Shown here: positions 38,569-48,974 of the stretch, piece by piece
Numbering within the stretch: position 1 is the stretch's first letter
Layout: every line of letters starts with the position of its first letter
Virus record (IMG/VR): IMGVR_UViG_3300033145_001156
Coordinates: 41,623 to 105,622 of that record
Reading direction: 5' to 3' (one strand)
Length of the DNA: 64,000 nucleotides
Source of the DNA: a virus
Position numbers and translations under genes: made by a program
Notes under the pieces: model-generated
The model's database searches: none
What the model saw: only the letters and a program-made list of their open reading frames with translations
Told to the model about the DNA's origin: nothing

Positions 38569-39006
38569 ATGCCAGGACTGACTAACGAAGCCGCGGGGAC
38601 GGCGACTGCATGTGCAGTTCAGGACGTGTTCGACCTCGTAAACGCAGAATTGGTGTTGCAGGAGACCGGTTCCACGTTGACTTCTACGGCTGCGGAGCAG
38701 AACGTATATGTATCAGAAACACCACTTGGGTGCTTTAAGCCGATAGTCGTGTTCATTTCGCTCGATGCGATGGCAGCGGGCGCGGATTCTGTGACCATCA
38801 GGTCATATTATAGAATCGCGGCAGCACCAGCGGGCTATTTGCTCAGCGATACTCAGACATATACGGGTGTCGATGGAGGCCTTGCAGGGGGGCGTGTGTT
38901 AGTAGCAATAGACCTTTATCCGAACCGCTTTGGATGTCGAGTGACATTACAGAGAGTCGGTGGAGCAGATTATGCGTTCCCTTGGGCCGTACACTTAGAG
39001 AATTAG
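38569..39006 (+). CDS. putative virion structural protein
   Basis: Position; beta-rich. Confidence 0.6.
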   Translation: MPGLTNEAAGTATACAVQDVFDLVNAELVLQETGSTLTSTAAEQNVYVSETPLGCFKPIVVFISLDAMAAGADSVTIRSYYRIAAAPAGYLLSDTQTYTGVDGGLAGGRVLVAIDLYPNRFGCRVTLQRVGGADYAFPWAVHLEN

Positions 39007-39017
39007 GGAGATGAGAT

Positions 39018-39707
39018 ATGGTTCGAGGCTATGATCACTTAGGCATAAACTTCGAGATGCTTATGGATTTACAGATGAACGAGGGTATTGGTACAATTGT
39101 GTACGATTCTGCAAAAGCTCATCATCCGTTTGTGTTGACAGCTACGGCTACTTGGACGAACCTGGCGAACGATCTGACCGTGATAGATTTCAACGCTGCG
39201 AACCCAGACCACATCGCGTGCGGGGCTGCTGCATGTGCTGACTTGGACTTCACGGCTGGAGACTTCAGTGGAGCCTGCTGGGTACGAGGAGATGCCCTTG
39301 GTAACAGGAACATCCTGACCCACGGCGTCCACAACGTGGACGGATGGTACTGGTACATAGATGTCAATGGTGCGATGAACCTGATCACGAGTCAGGCGGC
39401 GGCATATCAAGTTACCATCGGCGCTGCCGGGGACATCGTCGTGGGAACGTGGAGATTCGTGTCTTTTTCAAGGGACGGCGAGGTCGTGAACATGTACACC
39501 AACGGCGCAGAAGTCACCACTATCGCAGGTACTCATGTCGACCCCGTTACGGCAGCGGCCCGGAACTTCTACATCGGAGTGAACAACGCCGCCGGGGCTG
39601 CATGGTATGACGGGTATCTGTGGAGGCCGAGGGTTTGGGATAGGGTTTTAACTGCTGCTGAGTTTCTCTCTCTCTTCGAGATGGAACGCACATACTTAGG
39701 GGCTTAG
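39018..39707 (+). CDS. LamG/concanavalin-A-like lectin domain protein
   Basis: DFSGACWV, TWRFV, MYTNG, FYIG...YDGYL..PRVWDRVLTAAE. Confidence 0.8.
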   Translation: MVRGYDHLGINFEMLMDLQMNEGIGTIVYDSAKAHHPFVLTATATWTNLANDLTVIDFNAANPDHIACGAAACADLDFTAGDFSGACWVRGDALGNRNILTHGVHNVDGWYWYIDVNGAMNLITSQAAAYQVTIGAAGDIVVGTWRFVSFSRDGEVVNMYTNGAEVTTIAGTHVDPVTAAARNFYIGVNNAAGAAWYDGYLWRPRVWDRVLTAAEFLSLFEMERTYLGA

Positions 39708-40916
39708 ATGGGCATAGGACTTGTGGACGACCTCTGGAGAATAGAGCACGGCATACACCACACTCCCCGATTCACCGGGGACATATGGTTCGTGGACGCT
39801 GCGGTCGCAACGAGCGGGAGTGGGGAGACCCCATACCAAGCGTTGAAGACCATCAAGGAGGCAGTGACCCTCGCGAGCGCGGGGGATGCGATTACGGTCA
39901 AGGCTGGGGTTTACAGCGAAGACGCCCTGGACTTGAACAAGGACGGATTAGAGCTATGGGGTGAGATAGGTGTCGTCATAGGCAGTTCCGTCGGGGGGAC
40001 GGTGCTGACGGTCTCCGGGGACTATTGCTGGGTTGAAGAGGTCTGGCTGACCGAGGCTGGTCAGGTAGGCATGGCGCTCACCGGAGCACGTTGTTACATA
40101 ATGCGCGTACAGAGCGGACCGGGCAACTCCATCGGGTTCGACGTGGACGGGACAGCCAACGTCCTAGAGCGGTGCCACGCCGGGCAGCCCACGACCACCG
40201 GGTTCGACGTCGGGGCCAACGGGAACGCGCTGAGGGACTGCGACGCCATCGGCACGGGAGCTGGGACCCGCGGGTTCCACGTCTCTGCTGGGCTGAGGAA
40301 CAAGCTTTTCAACTGCGCGAGCGTGGCGAACACGACGGCGGGATTCGAGATCGCGACCGGCTCCAACAGCAACCTGCTGGAGAACTGCGCGTCGGGGGCC
40401 GGGGACGGGCGCTGGGTGGACGCAGACCTCGCGAGCGTGTGGAGTAATTTCACGTACGACGACACGGTCTACAAGATCACGACGTTCAACGGCGGGACGA
40501 CCTACAACATGTTCAAGATCACCGGGGCGGTCAGGGTGAGCGACATCCACGGGCACGTGGACACGGAGATCCCGAACGTCGCCAGCGACCTGCACCTGGA
40601 GCTGTTCTCCACCGGCGGCGCGGTCAACATAACGAACGGGCCGGGCACCAACATACAGGCGGCGGTCGTCGGAGCGCTGCTGGTGAGGAACGCGGAGTCG
40701 ACGGTCAATATAGACCTGGCGGACCCGAACGGGACTCCTGCGTTGGCGGAGAACGCGAACTGGCGCGACCCGAAGACCATCATAGACGTAGTGAAGGACG
40801 GCGGGGCGGACACCTACATCCGGGCGGTCCTGAGCGTGGCACAGGCCAGCGGGGCGATCCACTGGCACTGCATGTGGGAGCCGCTGACGGAGTCAGGTTT
40901 CCTGGAGGCAGCATAA
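39708..40916 (+). CDS. right-handed beta-helix (pectin-lyase-like) virion protein
   Basis: SGETPYQALKTIKEAV..ASAGD.I.VKAGVY; repeated GF.V...N.L..C coils. Confidence 0.75.
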   Translation: MGIGLVDDLWRIEHGIHHTPRFTGDIWFVDAAVATSGSGETPYQALKTIKEAVTLASAGDAITVKAGVYSEDALDLNKDGLELWGEIGVVIGSSVGGTVLTVSGDYCWVEEVWLTEAGQVGMALTGARCYIMRVQSGPGNSIGFDVDGTANVLERCHAGQPTTTGFDVGANGNALRDCDAIGTGAGTRGFHVSAGLRNKLFNCASVANTTAGFEIATGSNSNLLENCASGAGDGRWVDADLASVWSNFTYDDTVYKITTFNGGTTYNMFKITGAVRVSDIHGHVDTEIPNVASDLHLELFSTGGAVNITNGPGTNIQAAVVGALLVRNAESTVNIDLADPNGTPALAENANWRDPKTIIDVVKDGGADTYIRAVLSVAQASGAIHWHCMWEPLTESGFLEAA

Positions 40917-40973
40917 GGGTGAAACACGCCCAGGACTTCTCATTCGACGTCCGGGCAATATACGAGGATTAGG

Positions 40974-41159
40974 ATGGCTGATGAGAAGAAGGTCTGGCTG
41001 ATAGGCAAGTGCTTCATCTGCGAGAAGTACTGGCCCGAGGACGAGATGACCAAGGCGAGGGTAGTCACGAGGGCGATGAAGGAGAAGGAGCCGGTCAAGT
41101 ACGTGTGCCCGGACTGCAAGAAGATAATTGAGCATGAGCCGGTAGTAGAGGAGATATAA
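40974..41159 (+). CDS. small zinc-finger protein
   Basis: CFIC...CPDC; RBS. Confidence 0.55.
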   Translation: MADEKKVWLIGKCFICEKYWPEDEMTKARVVTRAMKEKEPVKYVCPDCKKIIEHEPVVEEI

Positions 41160-41578
41160 TGGCCACGTTCAGCTATGGAGACCCGCCAGCCACCAATAGG
41201 GATTATGTCCGACTTCTTGTGGTGGACATTGATCTGACGACCACGGTTGGGCCGCGCGAAGACTGGAGTGTGTTCTTTACAAATGAAGAGATTGACGTGT
41301 TTTTAGCCCTGGCAGTCAACAACGTCTGGCGAGCATCGGCCATAGCTCTTCGTGCAATCGCAGTATCGAAAGCACTGATGGCGAAGGCATTTTCAATCGG
41401 AGACTACTCGGAGAGTGCGACTGAGATTCAGGTTGCAGAAACTCTCAACCGCAAGGCTGAGGAGTTTGACGAATTGGCTGTGAAATACGGGGGTCCGTAT
41501 TCCTCCGTACAAAGTTTTGATTTCACGAATTTCGCCTTTAGAGCCAGAACATGGAGGGACGCTCTTGTCGGAGACTAA
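41159..41578 (+). CDS. head-to-tail adaptor
   Basis: RDYVRLLV.D, FTNEEIDVFL, VWRASAIAL; position. Confidence 0.7.
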   Translation: MATFSYGDPPATNRDYVRLLVVDIDLTTTVGPREDWSVFFTNEEIDVFLALAVNNVWRASAIALRAIAVSKALMAKAFSIGDYSESATEIQVAETLNRKAEEFDELAVKYGGPYSSVQSFDFTNFAFRARTWRDALVGD

Positions 41579-42434
41579 GCTGCTTTATCAAGAGGAGAGC
41601 TGGTTAAGAAAACAATATTGGGATAATGAGTTAGGATTCCGCAAACTAGCAGACTTGGCTGGATGTGGGACTTCTACCATTCGCTACTGGTTTCGCAAGT
41701 TCGGCATTCCAAGTCGAGATATGTCAGAAGCGATAAGGCTAAGCAAATCAAAAGGCGATGAACTCTATCGTAACGTTGAATGGCTGCGAACCCAATATAT
41801 TGATAATGGGTTTAGCATGCAAATGATAGCTGACATATCTGGATGCACAGCAGCTACTATTCTGCACTGGCTGAGGAAATTTGACATCCCCCGCCGGGGC
41901 GGATCAGAAGCAATTAAATTGTCTCATGACAAGGGGCGGCATAACCGTGTAGTAGATGACGAATTGAAGCACAAGTTGTCAGAGGGTGTAAAGGCAGCTT
42001 ACGCAAGAGGTGACTATGATAAAGAGGAATATCGTCAACGTCGTTCTGAAACCATGAAGCGGCTTTGGGCAGAGGGGGTATTTGACCATGTTGGGCCAAT
42101 GCGATCCGAGTGGATAAAATCGGCATGGGCTTCTGGGAAATTGAATGGGAACATGGAAAATAATTCAAATTGGCGTGGTGGATTGTCTTTTGAACCCTAT
42201 ACGCCAAAGTTCAATGAGGAATTTAAGCAATCAATTCGTGAGCGCGACAACTATACATGTGGCATTTGTTGGCTTCCGGGAAAGAGTGTTCACCATATAA
42301 ATTATGTGAAGAAAGACACAAATCTAGAAAACTGTATCATCTTATGCAAATCCTGTCATGGTGTCACAAATCATAATCGTGACTACTGGCAACCCAGACT
42401 ATCAGCACTGATGGAAGCCAGGGCGAACCGATAA
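41565..42434 (+). mobile_element. HNH homing endonuclease with tandem HTH-like DNA-binding repeats
   Basis: Two LY...WLR.QY...IA...GC...TI..W.RKF.IP repeats; NSNWRGG; IRERDNYTCGIC..VHHINY...LCKSCH; AT-rich. Confidence 0.85.
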
Positions 42435-42871
42435 TGGCTAGGAGCGGACTTCTAAAGGGCGTTCGCCCAACCACATTATTGAAGAATCAGCTCTATGAGC
42501 TGGAATTGCTGCATTTTTGCACGATCCAGGTCGCAACGGAAGGTGCAGACGACGGGTTCGGGCAACCGATGCTGGCCTGGGAGGACGAGACCACCGACGT
42601 TCACTGCCGGCTGAACTGGCGGTCGGTGAACGAGCAGTTGTGGCAGTTCGAGGGAGTCGTCGCCGACTACAAGCTATTCGTGGACATTGACGTGATAGTT
42701 CCCGAGACTAGGCAGATAGTTGACGTTACTGATAAGGATGGGAACTTGATAGACGCTGGGCCATTCGATATCATAAGCACCCAGAGATTCGATATGGGCC
42801 CAGACACGGGACAGCACCATAAAGAGTTGCTGCTGAAGAGGGCTGCGAGGTCGGGAAGGGGCAAGGGATGA
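42434..42871 (+). CDS. head closure / head-tail joining protein
   Basis: CTIQ....DDGFGQP...W....TDVHCRL, HHKE.LL. Confidence 0.7.
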   Translation: MARSGLLKGVRPTTLLKNQLYELELLHFCTIQVATEGADDGFGQPMLAWEDETTDVHCRLNWRSVNEQLWQFEGVVADYKLFVDIDVIVPETRQIVDVTDKDGNLIDAGPFDIISTQRFDMGPDTGQHHKELLLKRAARSGRGKG

Positions 42872-43698
42872 GGATCCTGGTGACGGGTGACGCCGGTTGG
42901 CTCGGCGGGCACATCTCCAACCATCTGGAGGGCGAGGGGCACGTGGTCGTCGGTTTCGACCTCCTGCCGGGCGACAGGATGGTCGGCGACCTCGTTGACT
43001 TGAAGCCCGAGCACCTAGAGGGGATCGAGGCGGTCGTCCACTGCGCGGCCATCGGTGACGTGTACGTGGCGAACAGGAACCCCGCACTGGCGTTCAAGGC
43101 GTCGGCTGAGGGCACGGCGGCCCTGGTGGCGGCCTGCCCAGAGGACCTGAGGGTGTTCGTCCACATCAGCACGTGGGAGGTCTACGGGCCTCATTCTCCT
43201 CACATCGAGGTCTTGGAGACGTCCCAGTGCAGGCCGGAGCACCCCTATGCCGCCGCGAAGCGCGCTGGGGAACTGGCGCTGGTGAGCACGATCAGGACGC
43301 CGTGGCGCATCCTGAGGCTGGGGAGCGCGTACGGGCACGGGATGAGGGAGAGCTCGCTAATCTCCAGGTTCATCGAGAAGATGAGGAGCGGGGAGCCGCT
43401 GACCATTCACGACGACGGGAAGCAGTTCAGGCAGTGGGTGTGGACGGGGGACATGTGCAGAGCAGTCAGTTCAGCACTGGGGGATGTCCCGAACGGGGTG
43501 TACAACGTCGTCGGGAGCGAGGCTGTCACCGTGCTGGGGCTAGCGGAGATGCTGGGCGGAGAGATCGTCCACCAGGAGCGGAGGAAGTCAGAAACGCCGT
43601 GCTACCTGGTGTCGGGGGCCAAGGCGAAGTTCTGGCTCAGGTGGGAGCCGGAGAAGGGATTCAAGGAAGGGGTGGCAGAGATTGTACGGAGCACGTGA
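42868..43698 (+). CDS. NAD-dependent sugar epimerase/dehydratase (extended SDR)
   Basis: ILVTGDAGWLG, HISTWEVYG, YAAAK catalytic motif. Confidence 0.9.
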   Translation: MRILVTGDAGWLGGHISNHLEGEGHVVVGFDLLPGDRMVGDLVDLKPEHLEGIEAVVHCAAIGDVYVANRNPALAFKASAEGTAALVAACPEDLRVFVHISTWEVYGPHSPHIEVLETSQCRPEHPYAAAKRAGELALVSTIRTPWRILRLGSAYGHGMRESSLISRFIEKMRSGEPLTIHDDGKQFRQWVWTGDMCRAVSSALGDVPNGVYNVVGSEAVTVLGLAEMLGGEIVHQERRKSETPCYLVSGAKAKFWLRWEPEKGFKEGVAEIVRST

Positions 43699-44218
43699 CC
43701 CGGGGAAGCACAGGGAGTCCCTCGTGAGGCTGGTGAGGGAGTCCGGCGCAAGGAACATCGCGGAGGTGGGCGTCTACAAGTGCGCGACCTCGCTGGCGGT
43801 CCTGATGAACTGCGACGTGGACAGGTACTACATGGTCGACCCCTGGAGGGACTACTGGGACTCCGGGGACGGGGAGGCGGACCGGGGCTCCCCGAAGGAC
43901 GTGGACTGGGAGGCCCTGTTCAAGGGTGCACTGGAAGTGGAGCAGCGGTTCACCGTGGCGGAAGTCTTGAGGCTCCCGTCGGTCAGCGCGGCGAAGATGT
44001 TCTACCCCGGGGAGCTGGACCTGGTGTTCATAGACGGCGACCACTCCTACGAGGGTGCGAGGGCGGACATAGAAGCGTGGACACCGGCGGTGAAGGAGGG
44101 CGGGATCCTGTCGGGGCACGACTACTACACGAGGTGGCCGGGAGTCGTCAGGGCGGTCGACGAGGCGTTCGGAGACTTGCACTTCATGAAAGACACGGTG
44201 TGGTGGACTCAATTATAG
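43682..44218 (+). CDS. class I SAM methyltransferase (Methyltransf_24-like)
   Basis: AEVGVY, VDPW, DLVFIDGDHSYE, GGILSGHDY. Confidence 0.85.
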   Translation: MYGARDPGKHRESLVRLVRESGARNIAEVGVYKCATSLAVLMNCDVDRYYMVDPWRDYWDSGDGEADRGSPKDVDWEALFKGALEVEQRFTVAEVLRLPSVSAAKMFYPGELDLVFIDGDHSYEGARADIEAWTPAVKEGGILSGHDYYTRWPGVVRAVDEAFGDLHFMKDTVWWTQL

Positions 44219-44841
44219 TCTACACGGCGATAATAGGCGACATAGACGACCTGTTGCCAACGAGGACAGGAGGGGTAGCATGGGTTGATGTCCGAAAAAG
44301 AAGAAGCCCAGGGTGGGCGATAAGGCAAGCAAGAAGGCAGTTGACAGACCCGAGAAGGGAGTCTCGGCTGTACAAGATACTGAGCCACCAGTGGATACCG
44401 GGGACGAGCATCTGGATAGACGGGACGATCCAGTTGAAGGTGAGTCCAAGGGAGTTGGCGCAGTACCTTGGGGAGAATGACATGGCGGCGTTCCGGCACC
44501 CGTCGAACGACTGCGCCCTGAGGGAGGCCGAGATAGTCGCCAGGGTGGGGAAGGCGACCGAAGAAGCGTTGAGGCAGGCCGAGAGGTACAGGGAGGCCGG
44601 ATTCCCGGAGCACCACGGGATGATGGCTTGCGGGGTTCTGATCCGCAGGCACACCGAGGCAGTAGAACGATTCAACGACATGTGGTGGAGCGAGTATTGT
44701 CGAGGATGCGTCAGGGACCAAGTGAGCTTCAACTATGTGTTGTGGAAGTTGGACATGAAGTGCAGCGTGATTCCGGGTGACTCGTACAACAACAGGTTCA
44801 TACGAAAGGTGTCACATGTCAAACCGACGGGTTACGGCTAG
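44200..44841 (+). CDS. DUF616/MUCI70-like glycosyltransferase
   Basis: VYTAIIG..D.L, KILSH, SIWIDG, FRHP..DC..EA, RDQVSF.YVLW. Confidence 0.75.
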   Translation: MVDSIIVYTAIIGDIDDLLPTRTGGVAWVDVRKRRSPGWAIRQARRQLTDPRRESRLYKILSHQWIPGTSIWIDGTIQLKVSPRELAQYLGENDMAAFRHPSNDCALREAEIVARVGKATEEALRQAERYREAGFPEHHGMMACGVLIRRHTEAVERFNDMWWSEYCRGCVRDQVSFNYVLWKLDMKCSVIPGDSYNNRFIRKVSHVKPTGYG

Positions 44842-45577
44842 GGAAGTATTTTGCCAGGTTCAGGGGCACATGACGACCGGAGAGGGATACTCGGTCATCC
44901 GGCTGGGCGACGGGGAGTGCCGGTTGATGGGCTGGCCCGACAGGACCCCGAGGAGGGAACTCCAGCAATCATTGAGGTACTGGTTCGGGCATACGGACTT
45001 CAGCCGGGAAGACGTGGACGCGATGGCGAACCTCCTGAGGCAGGCGATAGCGGTTGCCGACGTGGTGGGGGTCCCGGGCAAGGAGCAGCTGGCTGACGGG
45101 CGCAAGGGCTGGGCGAACGTGGAGAGGTACCTGGACGAATATCATCTGCTGGACGAGGACGCGTGGCTGTGCGACAACGAGCTGCACATCCGGATGGCCG
45201 AGCAGGGGCTGTACGAGGAGCTGCTGCTGGGACTCCCTGACATTAGCATCATCACTTGCAGGGACGTCGGGTTCCTGATGGAGTCGTTCTTCAGGATCGG
45301 GGCGGTCACAGTCTACGAGGTTCCTGCCGAGGCGCAGACAGCCGGGTGGAAGCCGACGAGCCACTGGCCGGACAGGTTCGACGAGTTGTACAAGGAGGTC
45401 GAGGTCACGTATCCTGGCCAACTGTTCCTGGTAGCCGCCGGGCCGCTGGGCAAGGTGTACTGCCAGTGGGTGAAGGAGCGGGGCGGGGTGGCCCTGGATG
45501 CAGGCTCGATCTTAGATGGCTGGGTCGGGATACGGAGCAGGACGTACCTCAAGGAGAGGGACTACTCGCTATGCTGA
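44816..45577 (+). CDS. GT-D-fold-like glycosyltransferase
   Basis: SVIRLGDGE motif, ADVVG, LVAAGPLGK, ALDAGS..D. Confidence 0.65.
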   Translation: MSNRRVTAREVFCQVQGHMTTGEGYSVIRLGDGECRLMGWPDRTPRRELQQSLRYWFGHTDFSREDVDAMANLLRQAIAVADVVGVPGKEQLADGRKGWANVERYLDEYHLLDEDAWLCDNELHIRMAEQGLYEELLLGLPDISIITCRDVGFLMESFFRIGAVTVYEVPAEAQTAGWKPTSHWPDRFDELYKEVEVTYPGQLFLVAAGPLGKVYCQWVKERGGVALDAGSILDGWVGIRSRTYLKERDYSLC

Positions 45578-46209
45578 AGGTGTCGGTGGACCTGGACAAG
45601 TGGTTGGATGAGTACCCGTGGTACCGGGACGTGCTGGACGTCCTCGACGACTACCAGGAGGGGCCTGAGACGGCTGCCCTCTGGACGCCGTGGAAGGGCG
45701 GGCTGTGGATGAAGGAGCGGGTCTGCGAGATCGCGGAAGTGTGCGCGGAGAGGTTCCCTGGGGACTTCATCGAGATCGGGGCCTACCTGGGGCAGACCAC
45801 GAGGGGGCTGGCGGAGGTGGCCAGGGAGCACGACCGGCGGGTGGTGGTGATAGACCCGTGGGACCCGGACTCGCTGTGTTGCCAGGGCTGGGAGTACAAC
45901 GTGTTCCTGCGCAGCATCAGGGGGTACTCGGACATCATAGACGTCTACCGGCTGTCTTCGTTCGAGGACGAAGCCATCGAGATCATCGAGGGCAGGGAGC
46001 TCGCGTTCGCGTTCGTGGACGGGCTGCACATCTACGAGGCGGCGCTGTCGGACATCAAGGCATGCGCGCACTGCCATGGGGTCATAGCCGTGGACGACCT
46101 GCCGAACTGCATTGACGTGTGGGACGCGTTCATGGAGGGCGTCGAGGTGACTAGGAGGGTTCCGTTGTGGAGGAAGTATCATCGTGAAGGCTATCTATTG
46201 CCACGTTGA
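45571..46209 (+). CDS. class I SAM methyltransferase
   Basis: IEIGAYLG.TT, IDPW, FAFVDGLH.YE, VDD. Confidence 0.8.
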   Translation: MLKVSVDLDKWLDEYPWYRDVLDVLDDYQEGPETAALWTPWKGGLWMKERVCEIAEVCAERFPGDFIEIGAYLGQTTRGLAEVAREHDRRVVVIDPWDPDSLCCQGWEYNVFLRSIRGYSDIIDVYRLSSFEDEAIEIIEGRELAFAFVDGLHIYEAALSDIKACAHCHGVIAVDDLPNCIDVWDAFMEGVEVTRRVPLWRKYHREGYLLPR

Positions 46210-46786
46210 ACCGCCGGAAGTTGACATCATAATACCAACGCTGAATTTCAGGGCAGCATTAGACAACTATCACGGTTGGCCCGATCCTGGCGTGGAAACT
46301 TGGTGGTTGACAGTCATGGTAGATGAAAAACAAGAAGGGTTCACTCGGACAGTCAACCGTGGACTTGCCGAGACGAAGTCTCCGTACATCTGTATTATAG
46401 GGGACGACGCGGTCCCAGAGACCGAGGGTTGGCTGTTAGAACTGAGGAAGGCGCTGGAGGAGGGGTACGGGTTCGCGTTCCCGACCATGCCTTGCAGGAC
46501 GGCTCCCATATCGAAGGCGAGGAGGGCGTCCCCGACAGGGCAGTTGGTGGAGATACCCCACGGGCCTTACGGGTGCGTCCTGATGAAGAGAGAAGTCTTG
46601 GGGGAGGTCGGGCTGCTGGACGAGGCGTTCGCGCACTACGGGTCGGATGTTGACCACCAGAGGCGATCTAGTTTCAAGTCGGTGTGGGTTGCGCACGTGT
46701 ACGTCCGCAGGGAGCTGCACGAGCCGAGGGAACCCTGGTGGACGGAGGACGGGATAAAATTCCGTGAAAGGTGGGGAGATCGATGA
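46184..46786 (+). CDS. glycosyltransferase GT2-like
   Basis: VDIIIPT, GFTRTVNRGL, IGDDA, VGLLDEAF.HYGSDVD. Confidence 0.85.
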   Translation: MKAIYCHVEPPEVDIIIPTLNFRAALDNYHGWPDPGVETWWLTVMVDEKQEGFTRTVNRGLAETKSPYICIIGDDAVPETEGWLLELRKALEEGYGFAFPTMPCRTAPISKARRASPTGQLVEIPHGPYGCVLMKREVLGEVGLLDEAFAHYGSDVDHQRRSSFKSVWVAHVYVRRELHEPREPWWTEDGIKFRERWGDR

Positions 46787-46937
46787 GATGTTATCTGAGA
46801 GGCACGTCATAGTTGGGGTTGCTGAACACGGTACTAGGATGTCTTGTCAATCGTGTGCTCATCAAGGTATGTGACAGCAACACCAAGAAAATCGTAGGTT
46901 GGCGGTGGGGCAAGGCAACAGATTTTCCTAGGAAAGC

Positions 46938-47774
46938 ATGATGAGGATTGGGTGGATTTTTGATCAGGCGCTATCGCTCCACACGGGCGGGCAGATGCTT
47001 TCCAGCAGGCTGCTGCTGAGGAGGTCACCAGGCTGGGCCGACGTGAAGGTCATATCGCCGTACCACGACAGTTGGCTGGGCGAGTGCGACGCATACATCG
47101 TGAACCAGTGCCGGTACTTCAGGCCCGACCAGTTGGCGAGGATCATGGAGAAGCCGTACATCTGGCTGTTCCACGACGCGCTGCACAACTGTATGCACCA
47201 GGGGTTCATCCTGAAGGCGCTGCTGAGGAAGGCGACGGGCTGCATGTTCAAGTCGCCTTCCCACCAGGAGAACGTGTGCGGCAAGTGGCCGGAAGCGAAG
47301 GAAGTCCCCGGGAAAGCGGTCTACGCGACGCCGATAGACCTGGACATGTTCTACCCGGGGGAGAAGACGAGAGGCACGATCTGGCTGGGGAACTACGTGC
47401 CGGAGAAAGGCGTGAGAGAGGCCGTCGCGTGGGCCGAGGAGAACGAGGAGGTCGTGGACTTCTTCGGGTTCGGGGACGCGTTCATGTTCAGGATAGCCAG
47501 CCCCTGGGCCAGGTTCTATCCGGTGCTGCCCTACAGGGAGGTGCCGCAGATCCTCAGGCGGTACGAGAGGCTGGTGTTCCTGCCCAAGTGCCCAGAGGCC
47601 GCCGGTCGGGTGGTGGTGGAGGCGCTGCTGTCGGGCTGCGAGGTGGTCACCAACGACATGATCGGGTTCAAGTCGTTCGACTGGTGGTCGGACGAGCCAG
47701 GGACTTTGCGCAAAGCGCTGAGGGAGCGAGAGGGGGAATTCTGGGAGACGGTCAAGGAGATGTTAGATGGATAA
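46938..47774 (+). CDS. glycosyltransferase GT4-like
   Basis: GG.LS, EKG, FLPKCPEAAGRVVVEALLSGC. Confidence 0.8.
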   Translation: MMRIGWIFDQALSLHTGGQMLSSRLLLRRSPGWADVKVISPYHDSWLGECDAYIVNQCRYFRPDQLARIMEKPYIWLFHDALHNCMHQGFILKALLRKATGCMFKSPSHQENVCGKWPEAKEVPGKAVYATPIDLDMFYPGEKTRGTIWLGNYVPEKGVREAVAWAEENEEVVDFFGFGDAFMFRIASPWARFYPVLPYREVPQILRRYERLVFLPKCPEAAGRVVVEALLSGCEVVTNDMIGFKSFDWWSDEPGTLRKALREREGEFWETVKEMLDG

Positions 47775-48345
47775 AGAATATCCGGTAGGGGTTGCCTACC
47801 AAGAAGGCCCAGGTCACACGGGGCTTGCTGGTATGCATGGGGGGAGTGATCCTGGGTTAGGTTCTATAGGTGGACCAAGCGGCGGTCCACCAGCTACGGA
47901 AGAACAAACCAATTATGTTAAGAGACTACTTTTCAAACAATCAGATACGGAAATGATGCAATCTCTAGGTTCTGGCCAACGTTTGGAGAATGGTTTTCTC
48001 TACTACAAGACTATGGATAAGCGTCCTGAGGGGTTTTGGGATTTGTCGCGTAGGGAAGCGGGAAAAGCAGGGGTTGTACTTGGTGCACGTTATATAAAAT
48101 GGCGGAATTCGATAGATGTTTCAAAAATGAGCAAAGCACAAGCATCCACTTTTTTGGATTCAGCAACTAACCGTTTAGGTGGTTCGCTACAGGGATTTGT
48201 CAGATTGCAAACAGGAGGAAGTCGACAAAGTACCGATAGGTATTTTCAAGGGTTAGTGAATGAAACGCGAACTTATATAAAGAAGTATCCTGATGGTGAG
48301 GAAATGAGAAAGGCTCTTGGAAAAAGTTATGGGTTCGGTAGATGA
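47767..48345 (+). CDS. hypothetical protein with YPVGVAYQE leader (candidate internal capsid protein)
   Basis: AAGGAG RBS; AT-rich; Gly-rich GHTG..G.HGGS segment. Confidence 0.6.
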   Translation: MDKEYPVGVAYQEGPGHTGLAGMHGGSDPGLGSIGGPSGGPPATEEQTNYVKRLLFKQSDTEMMQSLGSGQRLENGFLYYKTMDKRPEGFWDLSRREAGKAGVVLGARYIKWRNSIDVSKMSKAQASTFLDSATNRLGGSLQGFVRLQTGGSRQSTDRYFQGLVNETRTYIKKYPDGEEMRKALGKSYGFGR

Positions 48346-48492
48346 GTCAAGTCACCGCAGTTCACAGGGCATACTACACGAAGGTGAAGGGTTGGGCGAA
48401 AAACACGTACTGCGGATGTTATAATTGTCTGCTGACTTGTGGGAGCGCAACTTGTTCAGCTTTCACGAGGGCGGCTGGCTGAGGAGGGCGAG

Positions 48493-48966
48493 GTGAGCTT
48501 CAAGGTCGACGTAGAGACGAAGTTCACTCCTGAGCGCCAGATACACGCGGCCTGCGACGTCGTGATGACCGACTGGTGCGAGTACTCGGGGGAGATAGTC
48601 CAGCAGATGGCGCGGGCGAACGTCACGGAGGGGATCGGGCCGGGGCCGCACCCCCATCCCGGGAGGGAGGACACCGGGGCGCTGAGGGAGTCCGTCCAGT
48701 TCGTGGTGGACGAGCCGGAGAGGTACGTCTGGAGGGCGCAGGTCGGGCCGGACAAGAACGCACCTGCGCTGGAGGGCGGGACTCCCCCGTGGTTGTACGG
48801 ATGGTTCCTGGAGGTGGGCTGGCACTCCCCGGTGGGCAGGTTCTGGCGGTACCCGTGGCTGAGACCAGCGCTGCTGAACAGCATCACGTGGGTGAGGAGG
48901 GACCTAGACAGAGCGGCAGATACACTGGCCCGGATGTTGAACAGGTTGAGCAGAGGATGGAAATAG
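48493..48966 (+). CDS. HK97 gp10-like tail component
   Basis: DTGALRES, Y..FLEVG, PWLRPAL. Confidence 0.75.
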   Translation: MSFKVDVETKFTPERQIHAACDVVMTDWCEYSGEIVQQMARANVTEGIGPGPHPHPGREDTGALRESVQFVVDEPERYVWRAQVGPDKNAPALEGGTPPWLYGWFLEVGWHSPVGRFWRYPWLRPALLNSITWVRRDLDRAADTLARMLNRLSRGWK

Positions 48967-48974
48967 GAGGGGAG

